Shown here: positions 36,147-47,989 of the stretch, in pieces | Position numbering within the stretch: position 1 is the stretch's first letter | Layout: each line of letters starts with the position of its first letter | Assembly (NCBI GenBank): GCA_031835245.2 | Contig: JAVKOQ020000014.1 | Coordinates: forward strand, 248,001 to 312,000 | Origin: Balamuthia mandrillaris | Taxonomy: Eukaryota | Reading direction: 5' to 3' | Length of the DNA stretch: 64,000 bases | The notes under the pieces: model-generated | What the model saw: only the letters and a program-made list of their open reading frames with translations | Databases searched by the model: none | What the model was told of the DNA's origin: nothing | Translations under genes and position numbers: made by a program

Positions 36147-37184
36147 ATGCAACATGCTTGCGTTGGCGCTGTGAACTCAAGGCTACGGGAAGGTGATCTC
36201 GTTCGCTATTTCATCGGGGAGGTATGTCCGTTGTGTTTGCACGTCGGCACCACCAGTGGTTCGTTTCTTTTTCTTTTTTGTTTGGGTTTCCTTTCTTTTT
36301 TTTTTTGTGTTTGGGTTTTCTTTCTTTGTCACCATTGTCCCTGAAGCTGTTGTTTCGTTGTTAAAAATAGACGCTTGGATTCCTGCTATCGTTTGGAAGG
36401 TATCCTCGACTCACATTTGGATTCGCTATCAATACATTTCATATCGCGGCTGGTGCGTTTCTTTTTTTTTCTTCTTTCTCTTTCTTTTTTTTTTCTTCAT
36501 CTTTTTCTCTTTCTTGTTCTTGTTCTTTTCTGTTCTTTTTCTTTTTCTTTTTTTTTTTCATTTTCCTTTAAGAAGCTAACAAGCCAACACACAACCAGGT
36601 ACTATCGACGAACCAAACGGCATCGTTACTGGGTGAAATGCTTCCCAAGAAACACTCGCCTCATCCGTCCAGAGTACAACTTTGCAGACCACTTGCTCTT
36701 CTCCAGCAAACTCTCTCACGAGACCCGAGCAAAGATCATTCTTCACTCTGGGAGCTGTCCTCTAAGAAAATGGAGGAAACAGTTCTTTAGAAGACTCCAT
36801 AGGAACTTCATCAGCCAAACGGAAGAAAGATGGAGAAAACCACTCCATGTGTTTGGATCGAAGGAGAATGATGAAGAGGATGAAGATAGTTTTTGGGAGC
36901 TGGAGGGAGAAGGCTTTTATTATCTCAAAGAGGCGGATGGACAACCTCCTCGTTGGGAGTGTTACTTTGGAGAAGGAGCGGGAGATGACGACCAAAACGA
37001 ACACGAAGAAGAAGGAGAGGAGGACACCGATGAAGAAGACAGAATAGAAGCAAATGAAGAACACAAAGAACAGAAAGAAAATAATGAGATGAGCAGCGTT
37101 ATAAGAGGAAAGAAGAGCCTCCCTTCGAAACGATGGGAACGAAAAGGGAAAGCCAACCGACGAGGAAGAAAAATGGTTGGGTGA
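36147..37184 (+). CDS. Hypothetical three-exon protein with Tudor/Agenet-like N-terminus and acidic C-terminus
   Basis: TATAAAA upstream; spliced LREGDLVRYFIGE|DAWIPAIVWKVSSTHIWIRY...GW|YYRRTKRHRYWV; E/D-rich tail and basic end. Confidence 0.6.
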
Positions 37185-37425
37185 GATGAGCGGCTTGTTT
37201 TTCATCTCCAAATAACGCAAACGCTAAAATAGAAGACAAAAGTTTGTTGGAATGCCTATGAAAGTTGCTAACAACGAGAAAGCATGGCGAAGAAGTGGAC
37301 AAGGCTTGCATTAAACATCGCATTCATCGTAAATGTACTTTTAAATATTGACCCGTAGGTGTGCAATCATTCCCATTAACATAAAGGCGAAAGGCGAGAG
37401 GCCAGAGGCTGGAGATGGGACACAA

Positions 37426-37499
37426 GCTACTAATTCAGAGAGGAGAGAGAGAGAGAGGGGTGTGGAGAGAGAGAAAGAAAGAGAGAAAGAGAGGGAGGG

Positions 37500-37536
<37 letters not shown>

Positions 37537-37586
37537 AGCTACTAATTCAGAGAGGAGTGAGAGAGAGAGAGAGAGAGAGAGGGGTG

Positions 37587-37623
<37 letters not shown>

Positions 37624-37648
37624 GGATAGAGAGAGAGAGAGAGAGAGA
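37426..37648. repeat. Duplicated unit AGCTACTAATTCAGAGAGGAG followed by (GA)n
   Basis: Copies begin near 37426 and 37537, each followed by GA microsatellite. Confidence 0.75.
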
Positions 37649-38208
37649 AGGGATCGCTGCCAAAGGAGTTTATTGTCTATTCACGGTCGAATGTCCGCTC
37701 TTCCATTCCTCAAAGTATCCATATCCAAATCGTTGTAAGATCGCGATTCCCTCTCTCTCTTACTCCCTTATACTCTCTCTTTGTTTCGAGGTTGTGCTGG
37801 GGTTGATGACAACCTCACATTCTGGAGGATGCGGTTGACCGGGAGATATTTTCCTGGCTGCCACTCGCACCCAGTTTTCACTTATCCTGAGGAGGTTACC
37901 CGAGATGCAGGTTGAAATATGAATATAAAGCCCGATGTCTTGTTCTTACACAAGGATGTGTCCCAGGTAGCACCTCGCTACCGGCTGTAGAACTCCATTA
38001 GCTTCATTACCACATTCATATCTTGCTTGTTTATTATTGCCAAGAGAAGCCCTACACAAACGCAATATACTTTTAGGCAGCCCCTTACGCCTCGGTCATA
38101 AAAGGCTCACCCTTTGCTCCTTGCCAACTATGGTTTTTGCTTCTCTCTCTCTCTCTCACCACAAACACACGTTTCCACAACATCATTCCTTGCACACGAG
38201 ACCACACA

Positions 38209-38508
38209 ATGAGCTTCTACGGTTGCTGCTGTAATCCCTATATCGGCTTCGTCTGCGGCTATCATGTGCAGCAGTACCAAATGCAACAGTACTTGACCTA
38301 CGTTGCGGCCTGCCAGCAAGTGCAGATGGCCTACATGGCCTCCCAATGCGAGGTCAGGACCTGCTGGAACGACGTGTGCGGCACCGCACGCCAGATGCGA
38401 CCCAACGAGAGGGCCAAGTTCCAGAGAAAGATGGCCAACAAGCTGCTCAGCAACGCCGCCCCAGCGGTGTACGACTTTGCCTCCAATCTTGTCAGCAGCT
38501 TCCTCTGA
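38209..38508 (+). CDS. Small intronless Cys/Gln/Tyr-rich hypothetical protein (99 aa)
   Basis: Strong C/G third-position bias, CATAAAAG upstream, AATAAA at 38551. Confidence 0.65.
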   Translation: MSFYGCCCNPYIGFVCGYHVQQYQMQQYLTYVAACQQVQMAYMASQCEVRTCWNDVCGTARQMRPNERAKFQRKMANKLLSNAAPAVYDFASNLVSSFL

Positions 38509-39258
38509 GTGGAAGGCGAGGCGGTTCCTCTGTTTTCCTTCCCGGATAACAATAAAAACTCAGATGCTACATTGTACTCTTGTTGGCTGCCTCTTCCTCT
38601 TCCTCATCCGCTTCCTCTTGCCCTTCTCCTTCCTCTTCCTCTTCCGCCTCCGTCGGCTAGCAGAGAAATAATACATGGAGAGCTGACCACCAAAGGCGAA
38701 CTTCTTGGGTCGATGGTAGCAGCATTGTGGCACCAATGTGGAAGGACCACAGCAAGGAATGAGGCAAAGGAGTCTTTGTTGGTGTGTTGCTCTCTTCTTC
38801 CTCCCGCTCTTCTTCTGCTCTTGTGCTTCGCGTGCTCATTGTCGCCTCCCATTGCAAGGCCATTTTCCCCCTTTGCCGCATATATCATCATGTCGTCCTA
38901 AGGCGTCCGTTAAGTGGCCTTTGTGCTCGGGATAAGTGAAAACATTCCACCCCCCTTTCACGTTCTTCCTTTCCCTCGTTTTACCCTGCCCCTTGCTTTT
39001 TTTTTCCTTCTTCTTCTTCTTCTTCCTGTTTGGTTGCGAGCAGAAAGCAACGGTCGATCAACAAAACAAAAACAAAAAAGTAACGTTCCCTTCTCTTCTC
39101 TTCGTCGTTCTCTTCGTCGTTCTCCTTCTCCTTCTCCTTCTCCTTCTCCTTCTCCTTCTCCTTCTCCTTCTCCTTCTCCTTCTCTTCTTCTTTTGTTATT
39201 TCATTGCGCTCATCAAACTCTCATCTCTTCGGTGTATCAAAAAAAAAAAAAAAGAAAG

Positions 39259-39863
39259 ATGTGCAGGTGCGGAGGAGGTTTGTACTACTATTACCATCCT
39301 CGGTACAACCCGGGCAAGCAACCTGCCCTCCAAAGAGAGCAGCAACAGAACCGCAAGGAGTGCCCTCTCCGCGGCGTCCGTGTGGAGCTTCAAATCTCCA
39401 ACTTCACCGCTCAAGTATTGGAGCTCCCCCTTTTCTTCTTTCTCATCGGATTTAATCCCTCTCATCAAGATGAACCGATCGTTAACTCTTGTTTTTAAAC
39501 AGGTGCAGCTGCAACAACGTTTCGTCAACAACGAAGAGAACCCCATCGAAGCCGTCTATGAGTTCCTGACGGACGATCGCTCCGCCGTCTGCAGCTTTGC
39601 CGCGCAGGTCGACGGCCGCATGCTGCAGGGCCAGCTCATGGAGAAGACGAGGGCCAAGGACGAGTACGATGACGCCATCGCCAGCGGAGGCGGGGCGTAT
39701 CTCCTCAAGGAGGACAAGACCAACAAGAACATGTTCCGCGCCAACGTGGGCAACCTCCCTCCGGGCAAGGAGTGCACGCTGTTTGTTACTTATGTTACGG
39801 TATGTTTTTGTTCCATCTGTCTTTCTTGTCGTTTCTTTCTTTCTTTCTTTCTTTCTTGTCGTT

Positions 39864-39895
<32 letters not shown>

Positions 39896-39961
39896 GTCGT
39901 TTCTTTCTTTCTTTCTTTCTTTCTTGTCGTTTCTTTCTTTCTTTCTTTCTTTCTTGTCGTT

Positions 39962-39997
<36 letters not shown>

Positions 39998-42975
39998 GTC
40001 GTTTCCTTCTTTCTTTCCTTCTTTCTTGTCGTTTCTTTCTTTCTTTCTTTCTTTCTTGTCGTTTCCTTCCTTCCTTTCTTCTTCCTCTCATCTCACTTTT
40101 ATCTTTAGGAACTGGACTTGACGGAAGATGGGCAGCTAAAGTTCAAGCTGCCAACCAAGCAAGCTACTCAAAAAGCTGACCCCAAGCCTTCCTCCACCGC
40201 CAACAGCAACCAACCGTCATGGCTGCAACATAGCATCTTTAGACGACGAACAATGGACCATGGTGGACACAGCACCGCCACAACCTTTACGCTTGGTGAC
40301 TTTGAGCTTTCTGCTACCATTGGTAACTCGCTCTTTTGCTTCTCTTCTCTTTCGATTCTTCTTTTCTCTCTTTTGTTGTTGTCTTATCTCTCATTCTTTC
40401 TCTCGTATACAGAAATGACGGAAGAGATAGAATCCATTGCATGTCCTAACTATCCAAAGCTTGAAACTCGCTTTGACAAACAAAACGAACGACAAACGAA
40501 GGCCACTCTCTCTTTGGCGGCCGACGCCTCACGACCAGACAAGGACTTTGAAGTGTTAATTGCTTTGAAGAAGCCGCTCGGATTGAGCGCCAAAGTGGCA
40601 GTCGACGAGAAAGGACACAGAGCAGCGGTTGTTGCGTTTGACCCTGTCGTTTCATTTGAGGAGGATGAAGAGGTCTACAACGAGCTCATCTTTTTGGTAG
40701 ATCGTTCTGGCAGGTTCGTTTTTCTCTTTTCCTCAAACTTTTGTTTCGTCCAACGATCCAACTAACGCAACAACAGCATGAGAGGGAACAGCATTCGTCC
40801 AAGCCGCATCCGTGCGGTAGCTGACACTATCCAAATCTTCCTCCGCAGCATGAGCGAGGGTTCGCTCTTCAACATCATCTGCTTTGGAGACCACTTCCAG
40901 ATGCTCTTTCCTTCCTCCCAAGAGTACAGCCAGGAGACAATGAGGCGCGCCAGCGAGTGGGCGGATAGCTGGGGAGCTGACATGGGCGGCACCAATATTT
41001 TGTCCCCTCTGTTGCACGTCTTGGAGCAGCCTACTAAAGAGGGCTATCCTAGGCAACTCTTCTTGTTGACGGATGGAGAGGTAACCAACACCAACGACTG
41101 TATTAATGCTGGTATGTATTTTTTTATTCTTATGTTTGAGAATACTAACCCTTTTTCTTTTCAGTAAGGGAGCACGCAGACACAACGAGAGTGTTTACGT
41201 TTGGCATTGGGGAGGATGCTTCGAGAGATCTTGTTCAAGGCATGGCGGATGCTGGCAATGGCTTCGCAGAATTCATGGACTTGAAAACCACTGCAGAAAT
41301 GGACGACAAGGTACTTATTTTTTTCTTGCTTTCTGTGTTTTTCTTTTCTGTTCGATTTTTTGTTTCTGTTCTTTTTTATCTATTTTTTCTCATATATACT
41401 GTTTGTTAAAAGGTACTGCGACAATTGGATCGTGCGATGAAACCAGCTTTAACAAACTTAAGAGTGGATTGGGGATCAATCGCCTCCTCCTACGCTCCCT
41501 TCACTTTTCCTCCTCTCTTTGTAGGCGGCCGTCTTCTTGCCTACGCTTTCCTTCAAGAGGACCAACAACAACAATCCGAAGCAACAATCACACTACATGC
41601 TGAAACCGCTTTGGGACCCTTTTCCACTTCAGTTCAACTCGATCTCTCCGAAGTGGAACAAGGAAACCGAATTCACCGTTTAGCGGCACGTGCCCTCATT
41701 CGTGATCTTCAAGACGGCAAAAGCTTCATGCACGACACAAAACAAAACGGCAGCAAAGCTACCCAAGAAGTGATCAATGAAAGATGTAAAGAGGTTTCTT
41801 TGCGTTATGGCGTCATCAGCAGATTCACCGCTTTTGTGGTCACGGAAGAACGAGAAGAGGCAACAGAAGGAACAATGGAACTTCGTCCCATTCGTGGCAC
41901 CATAGCTGGAGAAAACAGATACGATCAAGATATCTATCAGCCTAAAACTTATGGTGGAATGCAACTTTTCCGCAAAACATCAGTAGGAAGAGGAGCAAGA
42001 CGTAAAAACGGAGGGAGAAAAGACGGAGCAAACCATCCAGTTCCACAATCATTAGCGTTAAGTGTTAGTCGTTCTTCTTCAATTACCCCGAATGAGGATT
42101 CGTCTGATTCTGATGACGAATATGAAGAGGAGTGTGACGAACAGTTGGATTTGCTCGATGAATCGTTAGCGGAAGCAAAAGGAAAATGCAAAGAGAAAGA
42201 GGAAAGAGCTCGTTCCACAGTAACGAAAGATAAGAAGAAGAGCAAAAAGCTGAGCAATATCAACCAACAGGAACAGCGCCATCTGTTCGGCATGGCTCCT
42301 CCGCCTCCTCCTGCTGCTGCTGCTGCTGGCCCTCCTTCTCGAAGAATGAGTGGTGCTCCTCTCGGTCCTGGTGGTGCTCTTCCTCCTCCTCGGCCTTCAT
42401 CTTCTGCGTCTGTTGCGGCGCCAACTTCTTCATGTAAGTTGTCGCTTTCCTCTTTTTTTTTTTTTTGACTTGTTTGCTTGTTGGTTTATTGTTGACTTGC
42501 TTTTATTTTCTTGAACAGCGTTCCGTTCTTCTGCTTCTGCTTCTGCTGAAGTGAGCAGCAACGATCCACTTCGTCAGTTCATCATTATGCAAAACGCAGC
42601 TGGCCTCTGGGCTCTCTCTGACGTTGCTGCTGCATTGAAAAAGTCTGAGAACGTGCTGCGCGATGCTTTGCCTCCGCTTCCTACTGCTGTTTCTCTTTCT
42701 GCTGAGGTACATTTAGTTTTCTTAATCCTTTTATATGTTATTTTTACTCATGTTTGCTTTTATTGCTTCTTGCTTTCTCTTGTTGTGTTATTGTTATTCT
42801 TCTCAAGGAGTATGAACAACTTTGGGCAACAGCAGTGGCAATAGCCTACCTCGCGAAAACCTACAAAGCGCAGCAGATCAAATGGTCGATGCCGGTGAAG
42901 AAAGCTCGTCGCGCCATCAAAAAAGCTGGCCTGGATTGTGCGCTCCTGGAGGAGGCCGCCGCCAAGCTATGCTGA
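39259..42975 (+). CDS. VIT and von Willebrand factor A domain protein (VWA5A-like, multi-exon)
   Basis: VIT: FVNNEENPIEAVYEF...NMFRANVGNLPPG; vWA: LIFLVDRSG-SM, ADMGGT, LFLLTDGEV, FTFGIG; C-terminal IHRLAARALIRDL, QNAAGLW, WATAVAIAYL. Confidence 0.9.
39821..40075. repeat. Intronic (TTTC)n with periodic TTGTCG interruptions
   Basis: Directly visible; a similar unit recurs in the HUS1 intron at about 59221-59280. Confidence 0.85.
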
Positions 42976-43128
42976 AGACAGAAAAAAAGCTGTAGCTATG
43001 CTCTTTCTTCTCTTCTTCCATTCGTTTTAATAGATGTAATATATACGCCACGTGTCTTTTATAGGTCAGGTGGTCTCGTCTTTGTGTGAACCGATCACTT
43101 TCATTAGTTTTCCGGTCACCCTCTTCTT

Positions 43129-43171
<43 letters not shown>

Positions 43172-43220
43172 CGTTTCTTTTCTTCTTCTTCAAAAGCAAC
43201 CCTCTTTCTTCGGACAGGAG

Positions 43221-44248
43221 ATGAATGCTCCTCTTCTTGTAGCTCTTCTGGCCAGCGTGGTGTTTGCGGTTCTGGGAGGAGTGGAGGGACAGGAGCTGGC
43301 TGCCGGGTGGAGCAAGGCCCATGCCGACCTGCGCAACTCCAACGTGCATCCCACCGCTGCCGGCTTGCGCTCTCTGCAACACACCGAAGTAAACCGTTTT
43401 GTCTCTCTCTGACTGCAGTACTTTTGAATAACGAAACGCTTTGTTGAACAGCTTGTGCTGCTTGAAGGCATCACCGCAGTGGGACCAGCGGCTCATGAAA
43501 ACGAACAGGGGAACAGCTTCTATGCTGGGGGAGCCACACTGTTCCACCACGACCTTCGGAGCGGAGGTGCGGCAAACGACTTCAAGTTAAAAAAGTACTA
43601 CCAGCAAGGGCACCCGGCTGTTACGGACGACGGTAAAGTGGTGCTCCTTAACATGGAGTCTTTGGAAATGGTGGACTTGGCAACAGGAGAGGTGAAACTG
43701 ACTGAATGGTCCTCAAGCGGGTGGACTCTTTTTGGCTCCTCTGTTACTGTTGGTAACGTTCTGCTTGTTGTTCCTTTGTCATTCTTCCTGGTATTTATTT
43801 CTTGTTTGCTTATTCACGCCTTCTGTACCTGCTTCTTCTTTGTTCTTCTTCTTCTCCTCTCTGTTCTTTCGTTCGTCACAACTTCCAGTGGATGGATTGA
43901 TCTACGTGCTGAACTCCGACGCGGAGCTGGTTGTCTTCGACTTTGAGCTGGAAGAACAGGCTCGCAACAACGCCACAGCGGAGATTTGGGGTGGAGGCAA
44001 CTTTGTGGAGTTCGTGACCCCAGCCACCGACGGCAAGGGCGTCTTCTACTTTGTCACGGAGACTTCAGAGGCGGACGCCAAAGCCTTGGCCATTCGCTTT
44101 CCCGAGAATGAGGTCGTGTGGAGCAAGTCGTTGGGCGAAGGCAATCACTTCCCTTCAGTTGCGGACTATGTTGCTGGCGGCTCGCCTTCCCTGTCGGAGG
44201 ATGGCAGACGTTTGTTTGTGGTATACCTTTCTTTTGTTAACTCTCTTA

Positions 44249-44280
<32 letters not shown>

Positions 44281-45293
44281 ACTCGTTTGCTGCTTGTACC
44301 TTGGCAACCACAACCTCCGCATTATAACAACAACCACAGGCGTTCGAAAGAGGGGGCGTGATGGCATTGAACACAGAGAATGGAGAGGTGGAATGGGCCA
44401 CCTCCATCACGGACCTGCAAGAAGGAGACTATTACACTGACAAGCAAGTTCCCACCATCAGTCCTGTTGATGGGTTTGTCTTTTTCTCCCATTCTTTCTC
44501 ACTCCGCTTTCTCAAAACCGTTTTATTTCTTTCATGGCTTTGTCCAGTTCTATCGTCACTTACTGGCAGGAGCAGCAGTCCAAGTCGTTGGTGGTGGTGG
44601 CTCTCTCCGCAAATACCGGAGAAGAAGTGAACTTTCTTCAATTTTTGGATGGGCAGGTTGAGCCCAACAGCTCCGAAGGCCCAGGCGTGTCCTCCGTTGA
44701 CGGCGTCTTCTATGCTTGCGTTTATGGCAACATCGTAGCTGTGGACTTGGAAAAGTTCGAGGTGCTGTGGAACTACACGATATGGAGAGACCATTCGATA
44801 GGCTGGTCCCCCTCTATTTCCGTGGATGGAGGAATCTACTCCCCGTTGGCCAGCTTCGTGTTACGTATGATGCCTTCCTCTTTGGTTCTATTTGATGGTA
44901 TGAGTTTGTGTTTGACAATGAACTTCAGGTTGCAAAGAAAACTACACTTTGAACGCGAATGGAGAATGCAGCGATGAATGCGCCCATCCCAAGGCAAGAT
45001 TCATCGGGAGGAACATGTGTGGCTTCGACTGCGGCACTTCCACCGCCCTTTTGCACCCTCTCCTGGCCAACGAGACCGTGTGCACAGCGTGTGAGGCCAA
45101 CCAGTATTGGTCGACCGAGGAGCTGCTGTGTCTCCCCTGTGCGGAGGGAAGGAACAGCCCTGCAGGTTCTATCGGTGAAGATGCCTGCGTGGAAGAAACC
45201 AGTTCCTCGACTACCGGGACGGAGGATGGCGCCAACAGCTCTGGCAGCTCCGCTTTGCTTCCTTCTCTCTTCCACTTGCTGGCAAGGGGCTAG
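43221..45293 (+). CDS. Secreted PQQ-like beta-propeller / Cys-rich protein, paralogue B
   Basis: Same motifs and intron positions as 32990-35436. Confidence 0.78.
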
Positions 45294-45496
45294 GGCTCCA
45301 AAGGGAGAGATGTTATTCTTCGCTCATTCTATATATTAATCACGTGGCCGCTATCACGTGTCCCCGAAAATAGTGATCGCCTATATAGGTTTTTAATGAA
45401 CAGACAGGGCTACGCTCACAAGGCCACCAAAGACTTGCTGTCTGCCTGTTTCGTTCACCAGCATTCACGGACACCAGGCTCACTGCACTCTCCGTC

Positions 45497-47499
45497 ATGA
45501 AAGCAAGCTTGTTTATAGCGATTGTCAGCGTGGTGTTTGCGGTTTTGGCAGGGGTGGAGGGACAAGAGCTGGCTGCCGGGTGGAGCAAGGCCCATGCCGA
45601 CCTGCGCAACTCCAACGTGCATCCCACCGCCGTCGGCTTGCGCTCTCTGCAACACACCGAAGTGCGTATTTGATTCGTTTTGTCTTGAGAACAACCACCG
45701 CTAACGACTACCGCATAACACAAGAGGGTGGAGCTTCTGGGCGATAACCAAAGGGACAACGGAGGAGCGGGCCATGACCAACAAGGCAACACCTTCTATG
45801 CTGGCAACCGCGCGCTCTTACACCTGGACCTTCTGACCGGAGAGGTCGCAGCCAACCTCACTTTGCCGACCCACAGCCACAAAGGACACCCCGCAGTTAC
45901 GGACGACGGCAAAGTGTTGCTCCTCACCTCGCGCTCTTTGGATATGGTGGACTTATCCACGGGAGAGACGAAACAGGCGGACTGGTCTGTCATCGATTGG
46001 GAACTCTCAGGCTCCTCTGTCACCGTTGGTTCGTGTTCCTCCATGTGTTCTTGTTGTTCTTCGTTCTTTTCTTCTTTCGAAGACACTCAACTGGTTCGTT
46101 CTGTGCTCCCTTTGGCCGACCTCCTTTGGCCTTCCAGTGGATGGGCTGATCTACGTGTTGAACTCCGACGCAGAGCTGGTTGTCTTCGACTTTGAGCTGG
46201 AAGAACAGGCTCGCAACAACGCCACAGCGGAGATTTGGGGTGGAGGCAACTTTGTGGGGTTCGTGACTCCAGCCACCGATGGCAAGGGCGTCTTCTACTT
46301 TGTCACGGAGACTCCAGAGGCGGATGCCAAAGCCTTGGCCATTCGCTTTCCCGAGAATGAGGTCGTGTGGAGCAGAAAGACGGGCGATGGCAGTCCTTTT
46401 TCAGTTGCGGACTATGTTGCTGGCGGCTCGCCTTCCCTGTCGGAGGATGGCAGACTTTTGTTTGCGGTATGCCTGCTTCTGCCTTCTGTCTGTTGTTGCC
46501 GTTCTCTCTTGTCCGTCCTCTTACCTTGGTAATGACATTGCACAGGTGTTCGAAAGAGGGGGCGTGATGGCACTGAACACAGAGAATGGAGAGGTGGAAT
46601 GGGCCACCTCCATCACGGACCTGCAAGAAGGAGACTATTACAATGGCAAGCAAGTTCCCACCATCAGTCCTGTTGATGGGTTTGTCTTTTTTCTATTCTC
46701 TCCTCTCTTTTCCTTGTGTTCTTGTTACAAACGAGTTACCATTATTGCTTTCTCCAGTTCTGTCATCACTCACTGGAGAGAGCGGAACAACGAGTCTTTG
46801 GTGGTGGTGGCTCTCTCCGCAGAGACAGGAGAACAGGTAAACTTTCTGCAAACCTTAGATGGACAGATAACAAGTTCCCTCTGGGCTCCGGGCGCGTCCT
46901 CTGTGGACGGAGTTTACTATGCCTCGGTCTATGGTAACTTCGTGGCAGTGGACTTGAAAGAGTTTGAAGTGCTTTGGAACTTCACGGTGTGGAGAGATCA
47001 GGTGGAACACCAGTCGCCTTCTATTGCTGTGGATGGAAGCGTCTATTTCCCGTTGCCGGACGGCTTGTTTGTGCTACGTACGAACGCGTTTTCTTTCTTT
47101 TGAGTTTCTTCTTCGTGCGAATGTTGATGTTGAATAACCTATCTTCGCGTTATAGGTTGCAAAGAAAACTACGCGTTGAACGCGAATGGAGAATGCAGCC
47201 AAGAGTGCGCCCATCCCAAGGCAAGGTTCGTGGGCAGAAACATGTGCGGTTACGATTGTGGCTCCTCCACCGCCCTTTTGCACCCTCTCTTGGCCGAACA
47301 GACGGTGTGCCATGAATGTGAGGCCAACAAGTATTGGTCGGCCGAGGAGCTGCAGTGTCTCTCCTGTGCGGATGGATGGGGAAGCCCTGCTGGCTCCGTT
47401 GGCGAGGATGCCTGCATGCAGAATGATGCTTCCTCCTCAACGGAGGATGGCGCTGACTCTGGCAACTCCAAGTTGCTTTCTTTCCATGTTTTGTTCTGA
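45497..47499 (+). CDS. Secreted PQQ-like beta-propeller / Cys-rich protein, paralogue C
   Basis: Same motifs; several exons nearly identical to paralogue B. Confidence 0.78.
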
Positions 47500-47989
47500 A
47501 CACGATGTCTTCGCTGGTCTGCATGGTGAGAATAAATGCTTCCATCCTTTTTTTTTTCTTGCTGAAGAGCACCTTGTGAGGAGGAGATGAGGGTGCTCCA
47601 AACTGGAACGCTGCTGCCCCACTTACCTGCATTCCACAACATCCGTTGGAAGCGAGGAAGGGACGAGGAGGAGCCAAGCACTTTGGATTTGTCTCACGAG
47701 GAAGGAGAACGGCAATGCCGTTCAATGCTGCGCCGACAGACCAGGCCAGATTACATTTTGATTTATGATTTGTGCTTTGATTGATTTGATTGAATCATGG
47801 CGTTTTCAAAGCACCAATCAACAGGTTCCAATGTCGACAGAAGTAAATTGGGAAATGACGTCAATATGTGGAAAAATTGTGCTGAAGTTGTGTCTATCAC
47901 GTCGACAAAATGAATAGATATTAATTATGTCTGCAGGAGTTTCCTTTCTTCGGGCTGGCACAAACAAGACAAACCAAGACCCCACCAAG

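Noticed and set aside
38604..38901. Short ORFs on both strands between the 99-aa gene and the vWA gene
   Set aside because: Low complexity with no recognisable motif or codon bias
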